From Pseudomonadota bacterium (GTDB taxonomy: Bacteria > Desulfobacterota > DSM-4660 > Desulfatiglandales > Desulfatiglandaceae): a stretch of DNA of 64,000 nt. The number at the start of each line of letters is the position of its first letter. Within the stretch, counting starts at the first letter, position 1. The notes below the pieces were generated by a model, which worked only from the letters and a program-made list of their open reading frames with translations, searched no databases and was not told the origin of the DNA. Below are positions 18,696-27,679 of the stretch, piece after piece. The position numbers were made by a program, and so were the translations under genes. The stretch is taken from positions 11,380 through 75,379 of the forward strand of contig JAZDES010000221.1 of the NCBI GenBank assembly GCA_043808585.1, given 5' to 3'.

Positions 18696-20696
18696 ATGCG
18701 GATATTTAAGAAAAAAGGGGGGGAGCTTGAGGTAGTCACAGAGATAGGAGAGTTGAAGGATACGGTAAAGGACGCACATATGCCCGAGGATGTGGAAAAG
18801 GTGGCCCTAAACGAAATCGAGAGAATCGCTAAGATGGGTCCTTCTACTGCCGAATACACCATCGGGATGAACTACATCCACTACTTGGTGACCCTCCCGT
18901 GGAACAAAACGACCAAAGATCACTTAGATATTAAGACCGCCGAATCCATTCTTGATGACGCGCATTATGGCCTGTCAGAGATCAAAGATCGGATCGTAGA
19001 ATATTTGGCCGTCAGGGTATTAAAGGCCTCCCATAAGCACAGGATGCTGGTGGTGGATGATGAAAAGTTGACGAGAATGAACCTGGAACATGTCCTTACA
19101 AAGGAAGGATACCTTGTTCTTACTGCCGCCGACGGGGTCGAGGCCCTTGAGCTTCTGGAAGAAAACAGCTTTGATGTCATCTTGACTGATCTAAAGATGG
19201 AGAAGGTAGACGGAATGGGGGTCCTGGAGAAGGCCAAAAGTCTGAACCCCAATACGGAAGTGATTATGATTACGGGTTATGCCACAGTGCCTACAGCCGT
19301 TGAGGCCATGAAAAAGGGATCCTACCAGTTCCTTGCCAAGCCCCTCAAACTGGATGAAATCAGATCCAGCGTCCGAATGGCCCTATCTAAGAAAACGGCC
19401 CAATTAACCTCAAGAGGGCCGATTCTATGTTTTGTAGGTCCACCGGGTACCGGAAAGACGTCACTAGGAATGTCTATTGCACGTAGCCTTCACAGAAAAT
19501 TTATCCGTATCTCTCTGGGCGGGATGAAAGACGAGGCCGAAATAAGGGGGCATCGCAGAAGCTATGTGGGCGCCTTGCCCGGCAGAATAATCCAGGAAAT
19601 TCGCCGTGCCGAATCAAAAAACCCGGTCTTTATGCTGGATGAACTGGATAAGATCGGGCAGGATTTTAAGGGTGATCCAGCATCTGCCCTCCTGGAAGTC
19701 CTTGACCCAGAGCAGAATGCCCATTTCATGGACCACTATCTGGACGTGCCTTTTGATCTATCAAAGGTCATGTTTCTTGCCACGGCAAATACCGTTGATC
19801 CCATACCTGGCCCACTCCTGGACAGATTGGAGGTCTTGAGGCTTTCTGGGTATACCGAGCAGGAAAAGGAGCAGATCGCCTTCAGGTATCTTATCCCCAG
19901 AGAGATGGAGGAGGCTGGCCTTTCAGAGCACCCAGTTCAATTCACCCCTGATGCCGTCCACAAGATCATCAGGGAATACACCCGGGAAGCAGGTCTAAGG
20001 AACCTCCAGAGGCAAATCGCCGCCATATGCCGTAAAATGGCCAGGGACATTCTGTGCCAAGACGGAAAAGAAAGGACAGACCTGATCACCCCGGAGCTTG
20101 TGGAAACCTTGCTCGGGCCCCGAAAATTCTATTTTGAGGTTGCAGAAGCCAAGGAAAGAATAGGGGTCGCAACCGGGCTGGCATGGACGGAGACAGGGGG
20201 AGAGATCATATTTATCGAGGCCACAAAGATGAAAGGAAAAAACCGCCTCATCCTGACAGGTTCTCTTGGTGATGTGATGAAAGAGTCTGCTCGGGCGGCA
20301 TTGAGTTATATCCGAAGCAATACGGATCTATTTAATATTCCCGAAGACTTCTTCGATAACCATGACATACATATTCACGTCCCTGCCGGGGCCATACCCA
20401 AAGACGGTCCGTCGGCAGGCCTGACCATTGCTATCGCCCTGCTTTCACTGTTAACCAACCGTCCCAGCAGGAGAGATACGGCTTTGACAGGGGAATTGAC
20501 GTTGACCGGAAGGATACTTCCGGTCGGCGGAGTGAAAGAAAAAGTCCTGGCTGCCCATCGCGCTGGGGTAAAATCAGTGGTCTTTCCGGCCAAAAACGAG
20601 GCGGATCTCAAAGATATTCCTGATGATATAAAAAAGGATCTGGAAATCATTACGACAGATGAATTAGGAAAAACTGTTGATTTGGTTCTCAAGTAA
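18696..20696 (+). CDS. lon: Lon-family ATP-dependent protease lacking the N-terminal substrate domain and carrying an inserted receiver (REC) domain
   Basis: The Lon helical linker ([17 protein letters not shown]) is followed by a REC domain of about 120 aa (MLVVDDE...ILTDLKM...LAKP). Next come the AAA+ Walker [17 protein letters not shown] and Walker [10 protein letters not shown], then the Lon_C domain with the catalytic Ser (PKDGPSAG) and Lys (GGVKEK). An RBS (gaaggag) lies 8 nt before the ATG. Confidence 0.85.
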   Translation: MRIFKKKGGELEVVTEIGELKDTVKDAHMPEDVEKVALNEIERIAKMGPSTAEYTIGMNYIHYLVTLPWNKTTKDHLDIKTAESILDDAHYGLSEIKDRIVEYLAVRVLKASHKHRMLVVDDEKLTRMNLEHVLTKEGYLVLTAADGVEALELLEENSFDVILTDLKMEKVDGMGVLEKAKSLNPNTEVIMITGYATVPTAVEAMKKGSYQFLAKPLKLDEIRSSVRMALSKKTAQLTSRGPILCFVGPPGTGKTSLGMSIARSLHRKFIRISLGGMKDEAEIRGHRRSYVGALPGRIIQEIRRAESKNPVFMLDELDKIGQDFKGDPASALLEVLDPEQNAHFMDHYLDVPFDLSKVMFLATANTVDPIPGPLLDRLEVLRLSGYTEQEKEQIAFRYLIPREMEEAGLSEHPVQFTPDAVHKIIREYTREAGLRNLQRQIAAICRKMARDILCQDGKERTDLITPELVETLLGPRKFYFEVAEAKERIGVATGLAWTETGGEIIFIEATKMKGKNRLILTGSLGDVMKESARAALSYIRSNTDLFNIPEDFFDNHDIHIHVPAGAIPKDGPSAGLTIAIALLSLLTNRPSRRDTALTGELTLTGRILPVGGVKEKVLAAHRAGVKSVVFPAKNEADLKDIPDDIKKDLEIITTDELGKTVDLVLK

Positions 20697-20952
20697 TCGC
20701 TCTGCCTGCATATCTCGCTGATATTGTCCGGGGCAATACTTTTAGATTCTTACACGTTCATTCTGAGAGTTCATCCCTCACGATCAATAATTGGTTGATT
20801 ATTCAGGATGTTGTAGAGAGCTCCTGCTTTCAGTGTTCAGGTTTCAGGAAGACGCCCCTGACACCTGAAACCCGAAATCTGTCACCTCATTGAGGGAGCA
20901 GAGCTCAAATTTCAAATATCTTTGGTTAGATATTTGCAAACACTTGGGTCGG

Positions 20953-21408
20953 TTACTTATCCTTGTCTCGCTCCAGGATTTCCTTAGCCGTCTTATAGTC
21001 GCCAGCTTCAGCAAAGGCCGCTGCTGCCATGGGGCCTTCGATCTTGCTCCTGTAAGCCTTTCTAATGGTCTGAACAAGCCTCTCAATCTCCACCGGTTTC
21101 TGGAGGTATTCAAAGGCACCCAAGCGGCGAGCCTCTTTTTCGTCTTTCTCCGTACCATGGCCCGTTAGAATGATGACCTGAACCTTGGGATAGGCCTTCT
21201 TGATCCGCCGAAGAACCTCCATGCCATCAATACCAGGCATCTTCAGGTCCAGCACCATCACATCGGGGACCTGATTATCAACGATCTTGAGGGCCTGTTC
21301 TCCGTTGAGCGCAATATCCGGCCCAAGATCCCGCATCTGAATCCGTTCGGCAAGCGTCTTTACAAATTCCTCTTCATCGTCCACCAGAAGGATCTTGATC
21401 TGTTCCAT
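20953..21408 (-). CDS. single-domain response regulator (REC) with C-terminal FAEAGE-type module
   Basis: It is a canonical REC (LLVDDEEEF, VMVLDLKMPG, ILTGHG, LQKP) followed by the tail GPMAAAAFAEAGDYKTAKEILERDKDK (nt 20974-21030). Confidence 0.85.
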   Translation of the reverse strand: MEQIKILLVDDEEEFVKTLAERIQMRDLGPDIALNGEQALKIVDNQVPDVMVLDLKMPGIDGMEVLRRIKKAYPKVQVIILTGHGTEKDEKEARRLGAFEYLQKPVEIERLVQTIRKAYRSKIEGPMAAAAFAEAGDYKTAKEILERDKDK

Positions 21409-21585
21409 TTCCTGCTCCTTAAAGAGAATTGATCTGTGAAGGGGACTCTCCCTATTATTCTAATGTATAAGCAATTACGTCGTGATGCAACATTTTTCCA
21501 ATGTCCGTGAATTGAAGCCCCCTACCGTGAGACTTCACCGAACTCAGTCGAACCATCTCTTGAAGCATTCGGTCACGGGTATGAA

Positions 21586-22131
21586 TCAACTGGCCTTTGT
21601 CCTTGAGGTTGTTGCTCCGGTTGGGAGGCCTTTTTCTTTGGGGAGGAATTCCCTGGCTATGTCCGGCTCACCTGCCTCTGCAAAGGTAGCGGCAACCATA
21701 ACGTCTTGATAACGTCGGAGCAATGACTTCTTTGTCTTTTCATTTTTCTTTTTTAGCCGGTATGCTTCCTGAATTCGCTCAGCCAGTGAATCCATGTTAA
21801 GGGGCAAAAAGACATCGTCAAAGGCGCCTAGCTTCATGCCTTCTATGGATAGTGAGAGGTACTCTGATGTATTTATGATGATAACTTCGGTGAGGGGGCG
21901 AATCTTCTTGATCCTTTCGAGGAGCAAAAGACCTTGCCGCTTCAGTCCATTTAGGCCCAGCAATACGACATCGATCTTTTTTCTCTCAAGTATCTTTCTG
22001 GCATCAGCTTGTTGCTCTGCTTCAAAGACCCGATACCTTTGGAGGCGGAGACGCCGAGACAGATTCAGACGAAATAGGCCATCCGCTTCTACGATCAAGA
22101 GATTGATTCCCATAAACACAAAGGGGGACAT
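21586..22131 (-). CDS. pseudo-receiver domain protein with C-terminal FAEAGE-type module
   Basis: The protein has a REC-like fold. The acidic pair reads VEAD, the phospho-acceptor position reads VVLLGLNG (Gly in place of Asp), and the conserved Lys position reads FLPL. The tail is VMVAATFAEAGEPDIAREFL (nt 21643-21702). Confidence 0.7.
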   Translation of the reverse strand: MSPFVFMGINLLIVEADGLFRLNLSRRLRLQRYRVFEAEQQADARKILERKKIDVVLLGLNGLKRQGLLLLERIKKIRPLTEVIIINTSEYLSLSIEGMKLGAFDDVFLPLNMDSLAERIQEAYRLKKKNEKTKKSLLRRYQDVMVAATFAEAGEPDIAREFLPKEKGLPTGATTSRTKAS

Positions 22132-22139
22132 TCCGAGAG

Positions 22140-22331
22140 TTAAACCCGTGCCAACCCATACGATACGCGAACGTTCGATAACCCCACCGTCTCCAAAAAG
22201 GTCTCTAAAGATTGATGCCTTTTTGGGGCTAGTCTCTTCCCCAAGAATTCCTTGGCCATTTCAGGACATCCAGCTTCTGCAAAAGCGACCGCTGCAAAGT
22301 CTCTTTCTATCCGTTTTAGCCATTTCTTCAT
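22140..22331 (-). CDS. 63-aa mini-protein with FAEAGE-type module
   Basis: The product is MKKWLKRIERDFAAVAFAEAGCPEMAKEFLGKRL... An RBS (caaggagga) lies 7 nt upstream. It is the first gene behind the sigma-54 promoter at 22384-22399. Confidence 0.6.
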   Translation of the reverse strand: MKKWLKRIERDFAAVAFAEAGCPEMAKEFLGKRLAPKRHQSLETFLETVGLSNVRVSYGLARV

Positions 22332-22383
22332 GACGTTGTCCTCCTTGCTTTGTTGGGTATAATGATTCTCTTTTCTTTCTTAA

Positions 22384-22399
22384 AGCAAAAGGTGCGCCA
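22384..22399 (-). promoter_or_regulatory. sigma-54 (-24/-12) promoter
   Basis: The minus strand reads TGGCGCaccttTTGCT, with correct GG-N10-GC spacing, about 50 nt upstream of the ATG at 22331. Confidence 0.65.
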
Positions 22400-22467
22400 A
22401 ACTAATTTTTCAATTATTTCAAATTGTTGTTCGATTGAATGGAATAACAAAGGAAGAAATGACACAT

Positions 22468-22502
22468 AATGAAACATTATCCATAAACCAAAATGAAACA
22501 TT
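22468..22502. promoter_or_regulatory. two copies of palindrome AATGAAACATT, candidate enhancer (UAS) for a sigma-54 activator
   Basis: aatgaaacatt occurs at 22468-22478 and 22492-22502, 24 bp apart and 70-120 bp upstream of the sigma-54 promoter. A related atgtttcgaaatgca occurs at 18562-18576, upstream of the other sigma-54 promoter. Confidence 0.3.
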
Positions 22503-22644
22503 GTGGTACATTTGCTGATACTTCAGGCCGCTTGTGTCTCTCGTTGGTGCCGCGGATTTATGTCTGTTATCCTCGACATATTTTTTGGGTAGGCGCACTC
22601 TATTCGATCGTGAAGCAACCTTATTAGGAGGCTGGAGGGGCCGG

Positions 22645-23013
22645 TTATGTACCTTTTACGGCCTCCTGCATCTTCACAATTAACTCATCAAGCTTTAATG
22701 GCTTCATCAGATAATCAAAAGCGCCCAGGCGCATCCCCTCAATACCTTCTCTAGTGGATCCTCGTCCCGTCAAGAGAATCACAGGCAGCTGGGGATTTCC
22801 AACTTTGATAAGACGAAGGACTTCAAGCCCTCCCAAGCCTGGCATCAGCACATCTAAGACGACCACCTGAGGAGGGTCGGCCTCAATGAGACGCAATGCT
22901 TCTTCACCGGATGTCGCAGTCTTGACCTGAATCCCTCTCAGTTCGAGTCTTTCTGCGAGGGTTGTGACGAATTCCTCCTCGTCATCTACAAGTAACACCT
23001 TCCACTTATCCAT
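22645..23013 (-). CDS. single-domain response regulator (CheY-like REC)
   Basis: LLVDDEEEFVTTLAERL, VVVLDVLMPG, LLTGRG and LMKP are present, with a GGAGGAG RBS. Confidence 0.88.
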   Translation of the reverse strand: MDKWKVLLVDDEEEFVTTLAERLELRGIQVKTATSGEEALRLIEADPPQVVVLDVLMPGLGGLEVLRLIKVGNPQLPVILLTGRGSTREGIEGMRLGAFDYLMKPLKLDELIVKMQEAVKGT

Positions 23014-23031
23014 TTTACTCCTCCAGCCCTA

Positions 23032-23394
23032 CTAGGCCTCCGTTTTTCCCAGACCCTTCCGCCTATAAAGTATATCGCCCGCCCGAAGGGCGCCTTTTCT
23101 AAAATGCTCCAGCACAGATTCATAAGGACCGATCACCGAATCCAGAACCCTTACTCTTTTCCAAGTGATGTACTGATAATACTCCTCCTCTATGCCTCCG
23201 CAAATGACCAGCTGGACGCCTTCGGTGAGAATCAGGTGACAAAGTTGTTCTCCAGAGGCCTGAGGGAGCACCACCATCTTTTCATCAGTCTTCTCTCCCT
23301 TTTCATCCGTAGAAACAATAACTGCCTCTGTCGCCAAATCAAACCGTGGTGCTACCTCATTACCGTACAAAGGAATAAGCAATTTTTGAGACAT
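23032..23394 (-). CDS. NifB/NifX-family (dinitrogenase FeMo-cofactor-binding domain) protein
   Basis: EVAPRFDLATEAVIV...GVQLVICGGIEEE...RVRVLDSV match the Nitro_FeMo-Co fold pattern in both size and layout. Confidence 0.6.
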   Translation of the reverse strand: MSQKLLIPLYGNEVAPRFDLATEAVIVSTDEKGEKTDEKMVVLPQASGEQLCHLILTEGVQLVICGGIEEEYYQYITWKRVRVLDSVIGPYESVLEHFRKGALRAGDILYRRKGLGKTEA

Positions 23395-23501
23395 GAAGAA
23401 ACCTTACCTGAACTTTTCAGCTCCTTTTCTGTGTTTGATTCTCCTCTTGGAAGACCTGTCTGGACCCGCATCTGTCAGGTGCTCGTTTGAACCTATGGCG
23501 T

Positions 23502-24920
23502 TCATGAGCTTATCCCATACTCTTTCATTTTTCTCCACAGGGTGCTTCTTCCCCAACCCAAAAGGGCTGCGGCCTTGGTCCTCCGGCCTCTCGCCTTGAT
23601 GAGTGCTTCCATGATCATTTTCTTTTCAGTTGATGACCAGGTCTCTGTTTCCCATTTCCTTCTTAGATCCTCTACCCCTGGCTGCACGGAAATCGAGGCC
23701 CAATTCTCTCCGACCCCTCTCTCCTGGAGCTCAAGCCCCTTTTCTGTTAGATAGGTAGGAAGGTGTTTTGGATGAATGAGTCCTCCCTGGGAGATATTTA
23801 CTGCATATTCAATAATATTTCTCAGTTCTCTCACATTACCAGGGTAGTGGTAGTCCGACAGGATTCGAAGGGCCTTGCTCGAAAACCCTCCAATATCCTT
23901 TTTGAATTGGGTGGCGAAGGTGTTGAGAAAGTGATCGATCAGGAGCCTGACGTCGTCATCCCGCTCTCTCAGGGGAGGCAGGTGAAGACGGACTACGTTG
24001 AGCCTGAAGAGGAGATCTTCCCTGAAACCTCCGTCTCCAACCATTTGTTCAAGGTTTCGGTGGGTTGCGGCGACAATTCTCACATCAGCCTGAAAGCCCC
24101 TAGTACTCCCCAATGGATAGATCACCCTGTCATCCAGGAAGGTCAGCAGTTTGACCTGGAGGGAGGGAGGGAGGTCACCGATTTCCGTAAGATAAAGCGT
24201 GCCATGGTGGGCCAGACGAAATCGCCCCGGTTTGTTCTCAACGGCCCCGGTGAAGGCCCCTTTCTGGTGCCCGAAGAGCTCTGATTCCAGCAAGGTTTCA
24301 GGTAATGCCCCGCAATTGAGCTTGATAAAAGGCCCCTTGGCCCTGCTTGAGGCCTGGTGAATTGTCTCTGCAACCAGGTCTTTGCCCGTACCGGTCTCAC
24401 CGGTGATGAGTACAGAAGAATCGCTCTGGGCAAGAACAGGGAGAATCTGAAAGATCTTTTCGATTTGTGGACTCTTGCCGATCAGAGGTCCAAAACTATA
24501 GGCTTGCCCGGTCTTTCCCTCCAGCCTGCGAAGGGGACGCATGTCTTCTACCGTTTCCAAAAAACCGACTAACTCACTTTCAATGTCTTTGAGGGGGGCC
24601 ATCGTAATACGTACAGGAATTTTCTGGCGGGCGCGGTTGATGAGGTCGCTTTCAACACACGGCGGTTCAGCTTCTGCGTTTAGATTCAAGGCAGGGCAAC
24701 CTTGGACGCATATCCTGTTTCGTAGGACATGATAACAGGGAATGCCCCGGGCTTCTTCCCTGGAAAATCCGGTGAGAGCTTCCAAGGCTCGATTCAAGAA
24801 GATGACCGTGCGCTCCACATCAAGCACCACGACACCAAGAGGGATTTCATCAACCAGTGAGCGGAAGGCAACGGGCAGAGAAAAGAGCCCTATGACTTCT
24901 GGCAAATGGCTCGTGTACAA
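23502..24920 (-). CDS. sigma-54-dependent transcriptional activator with N-terminal PAS domain and Cys-rich segment
   Basis: A PAS-like N-terminus carries CYHVLRNRICVQGCP...PPC. The AAA+ domain has GETGTGKD and GAFTGA (QKGAFTGA). The C-terminal HTH is KAAALLGWGRSTLWRKMKEYGI. Confidence 0.88.
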   Translation of the reverse strand: MYTSHLPEVIGLFSLPVAFRSLVDEIPLGVVVLDVERTVIFLNRALEALTGFSREEARGIPCYHVLRNRICVQGCPALNLNAEAEPPCVESDLINRARQKIPVRITMAPLKDIESELVGFLETVEDMRPLRRLEGKTGQAYSFGPLIGKSPQIEKIFQILPVLAQSDSSVLITGETGTGKDLVAETIHQASSRAKGPFIKLNCGALPETLLESELFGHQKGAFTGAVENKPGRFRLAHHGTLYLTEIGDLPPSLQVKLLTFLDDRVIYPLGSTRGFQADVRIVAATHRNLEQMVGDGGFREDLLFRLNVVRLHLPPLRERDDDVRLLIDHFLNTFATQFKKDIGGFSSKALRILSDYHYPGNVRELRNIIEYAVNISQGGLIHPKHLPTYLTEKGLELQERGVGENWASISVQPGVEDLRRKWETETWSSTEKKMIMEALIKARGRRTKAAALLGWGRSTLWRKMKEYGISS

Positions 24921-25322
24921 GATCCTGTTTCTCCATTAATGACCGAAGTTAAAACCTTGACTGAGTGATACAACATCCTCTAACTCAAATAGATCACTTT
25001 GTGTCCGCTCAATAACCCAGGGAAATGATAGAGGCCCGCCACCCATCCATTTTCCCTTGAAAAGGGGGGCCTGGGAGAGGGTGAATTTCCTGCCGATTAT
25101 TGGACAAGTACACACCTTTGAGGTAGGCTATCAGAAAACCAGATTGAAATAAAGTAAGGATTAATCTCTTGACTGATCACCATATATCACATATTGTTCC
25201 CGCGTGAATCCATGAGGGTATTCAGGGCGTTAAAAGTGAAAACGGCAACAGAGGGGTGAAAGAAAAGCGCCCTTTTTCATCTGAGAAATGGTGTCCAAGA
25301 ATTAAGGTAGGGAGGTCGATGG

Positions 25323-26285
25323 ATGATACAATCCGCGAAGACATGGTTCACGGCTTTGTTGAGCATCCTCTTATTTTTTGCTTTGGCATGTGCTGTAGGT
25401 GCAACAGAACTGTCTCAAACTCCTGAAGCCTCGGCCCCTATGCATCCTTGGTGGTTCTGGCCTCTAGTCTTGCTGATTGTAACCTTTTTGATGGGTATAT
25501 TCGCCGTTCTTGGCGGGGTTGGAGGAGGTGTCCTGTTCGTTCCCATCATCAGCGGATTCTTTCCTTTCCACCTGGACTTCGTCCGCGGGGCAGGGCTGCT
25601 AGTGGCCCTCTCCGGGGCCCTAGCCGCCGGGCCCGGCCTTCTCAAAATGAACCTAGCGAGTCTCAGGCTTGCCATCCCGGTTGCCCTCATTGCCTCAACC
25701 TGTGCCATAATTGGGGCCATGATCGGGCTGGCCTTGCCCACCAACATTGTGCAGATTTCTCTGGGAGGCACCATCGTCGGTATCTGCGTGCTCATGTTGA
25801 AAGCAAAGAAGTCAGAGCTCCCTGATGTACCAGAGGCGGATAGACTTTCTTCGGCACTCAGGATCTACGGAGTCTACCAGGAGAGGAGTACGGGAAAGAT
25901 CATCGACTGGAAAATCCACCGGACTCCGCTGGGTCTGGGTTTATTTATTATGATCGGTATTATGGCCGGCATGTTTGGCCTAGGAGCAGGCTGGGCAAAT
26001 GTGCCCGTATTGAACCTCCTGATGGGAGCACCTTTGAAAATCAGCGTGGCGACCAGTAAATTTCTGCTATCCATCACGGACACCTCCGCCGCCTGGATCT
26101 ATATGAATCAGGGATGCGTCATCCCCATGATGGTAGTGCCTTCCCTGGTGGGAATCATGCTTGGCTCCTTTGTAGGCGTCCGGCTTCTCGCCATGGCCAA
26201 ACCCGGTGTTATCCGGTGGATCGTGATCGGAATACTGGCCTTTGCCGGTATAAAGGCCCTTTTAAAGGGCTTGGGTGTAGGATAG
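25323..26285 (+). CDS. TauE/SafE-family (sulfite/anion exporter-like) membrane protein
   Basis: It is a polytopic membrane protein with repeated GGVGGGVLFVP and GLGAGWANVP-type glycine-rich helices typical of the family. Confidence 0.7.
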   Translation: MIQSAKTWFTALLSILLFFALACAVGATELSQTPEASAPMHPWWFWPLVLLIVTFLMGIFAVLGGVGGGVLFVPIISGFFPFHLDFVRGAGLLVALSGALAAGPGLLKMNLASLRLAIPVALIASTCAIIGAMIGLALPTNIVQISLGGTIVGICVLMLKAKKSELPDVPEADRLSSALRIYGVYQERSTGKIIDWKIHRTPLGLGLFIMIGIMAGMFGLGAGWANVPVLNLLMGAPLKISVATSKFLLSITDTSAAWIYMNQGCVIPMMVVPSLVGIMLGSFVGVRLLAMAKPGVIRWIVIGILAFAGIKALLKGLGVG

Positions 26286-26352
26286 CCCCTCAGAGGAGAT
26301 TTTTCTTCAAAAGAGAAGTGGCCTTCAGAACGTCCAGTAAGGAGGAAAGATC

Positions 26353-26778
26353 ATGACTGATAAATTGGAAGCGACGCTTGAAGCAAGCCCGGAACAGGTC
26401 CGTTATGCCGGTATCCTCGAAAAGGGGATGTATATCGGATTATTGTTGCTTCTTATCACCTTTGCCATTTATGCCTTCGGTATTATGAAGCCCTATATCC
26501 CTCTGGATAAGATCTCCAAGTTCTGGAACATGAACGTACATGATTACCTGCGGCATACCAACATTAAGAACGGGTGGGGTTGGCTTGCGATGCTTAAGTA
26601 CGGGGACTTTATTAATTTTATCGGGGTGGCGATTTTGGCTGGAGTGACCATCATTTGCTATCTGACTATTATTCCGATCCTCCTGAGAAACGACGACAAG
26701 GTCTATGCCCTATTGGCGTTTCTCGAAGTAGTAATCCTCTCCCTGGCGGCCAGCGGGATTCTTGCTGTGGGGCACTGA
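26353..26778 (+). CDS. integral membrane protein, unknown function (about 3 TM)
   Basis: Hydrophobic segments are evident and the gene is tightly linked downstream of the TauE-like gene. It may be a DUF1634-type partner, but I cannot verify this. Confidence 0.5.
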   Translation: MTDKLEATLEASPEQVRYAGILEKGMYIGLLLLLITFAIYAFGIMKPYIPLDKISKFWNMNVHDYLRHTNIKNGWGWLAMLKYGDFINFIGVAILAGVTIICYLTIIPILLRNDDKVYALLAFLEVVILSLAASGILAVGH

Positions 26779-26840
26779 GAAAGGGCGTGGCGAGAAAGAA
26801 ATCGAAAGCGATCCATTTTGAAGATCAAGGAGGATAGACC

Positions 26841-27389
26841 ATGTTTATCAAGAAGAAGGTAAGAGACCTGATGATCCCTCTCCACAGATACTCGGTGGTG
26901 AGCCCCAATAGCACCTTACGAGAGGCGGTAGTGAGCTTGAGAAGGTCATACTGTCAATTGGAAACGGGCATGTGTACCGAGGTAGGCCCCCGCTCCGTCT
27001 TGGTGGTTGATGACCACGGGAAACTTGCAGGGATACTCGATTTCCGAAGTATACTCAGGACCCTTATTCCTGAGGTAGCCGGTGGGTTGACTGCCAGATT
27101 AGAAGCGCTCGAAGTAACCATCGCTTTTGCCCAGGCGGATTCCCCATCCCTGGATGAGGCGCGAGCCGACTTCAACGCACGAGTAATAAGGAATGCAGGT
27201 GTAAAGATAAAGGACATCATGCTCAAAACGAGGGGAACAATTCAGGCCGATGCCAGCCTCACCGAGGCGCTCAAGTTGATTTTTCGCAATAAGATAACCA
27301 AACTCCCTGTGCATGAGGGGAATAAACTGGTAGGGATTATCCGCGATACGGACCTTTTCCTGGCCGTTGCTGATATATTGGCGGAGTAA
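26841..27389 (+). CDS. CBS-domain pair protein
   Basis: There are two CBS-like units (VRDLMIP...VLVVDDHGKLAGILDFRSIL and IKDIMLK...LPVHEGNKLVGIIRDTDL). Confidence 0.8.
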   Translation: MFIKKKVRDLMIPLHRYSVVSPNSTLREAVVSLRRSYCQLETGMCTEVGPRSVLVVDDHGKLAGILDFRSILRTLIPEVAGGLTARLEALEVTIAFAQADSPSLDEARADFNARVIRNAGVKIKDIMLKTRGTIQADASLTEALKLIFRNKITKLPVHEGNKLVGIIRDTDLFLAVADILAE

Positions 27390-27679
27390 CTTTTTGCACG
27401 ACCTGGTCCTGGTCTGATTCAGCTCCGCATTCTTGAACCTTCCCTCATCGCCGTTCGGAGCCCGTTTATCCATAAAGTCCGCGACCCCAGTTCGTTGCCC
27501 TCTATTTTTGCTCCTGCACGACCTCATCGACGGCAATTCACCTACTTCGCGATCCTTTTTCCGTTTACAGGCAGCGGCCTCTTTTTATATACTAGCCTCA
27601 TCAGAAAGGATTGACTCGAATAACCGGCCCTTCTAGCCTTATGAAAGATTGATGTCTCTACTTTATTCTGGATATCGAG

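Noticed and set aside
18444-18779. 111-aa minus-strand ORF
   Set aside because: It spans the AT-rich promoter/enhancer region and overlaps the well-supported Lon start. It has no RBS.
21484-21500. Sigma-54-like TGGaaaaatgTTGCA on the minus strand upstream of the receiver gene at 21408
   Set aside because: The GG-to-GC spacing is 9 nt instead of 10, and the -24 element is poor. I treat the gene as co-transcribed from the 22384 promoter or driven by an unidentified promoter.
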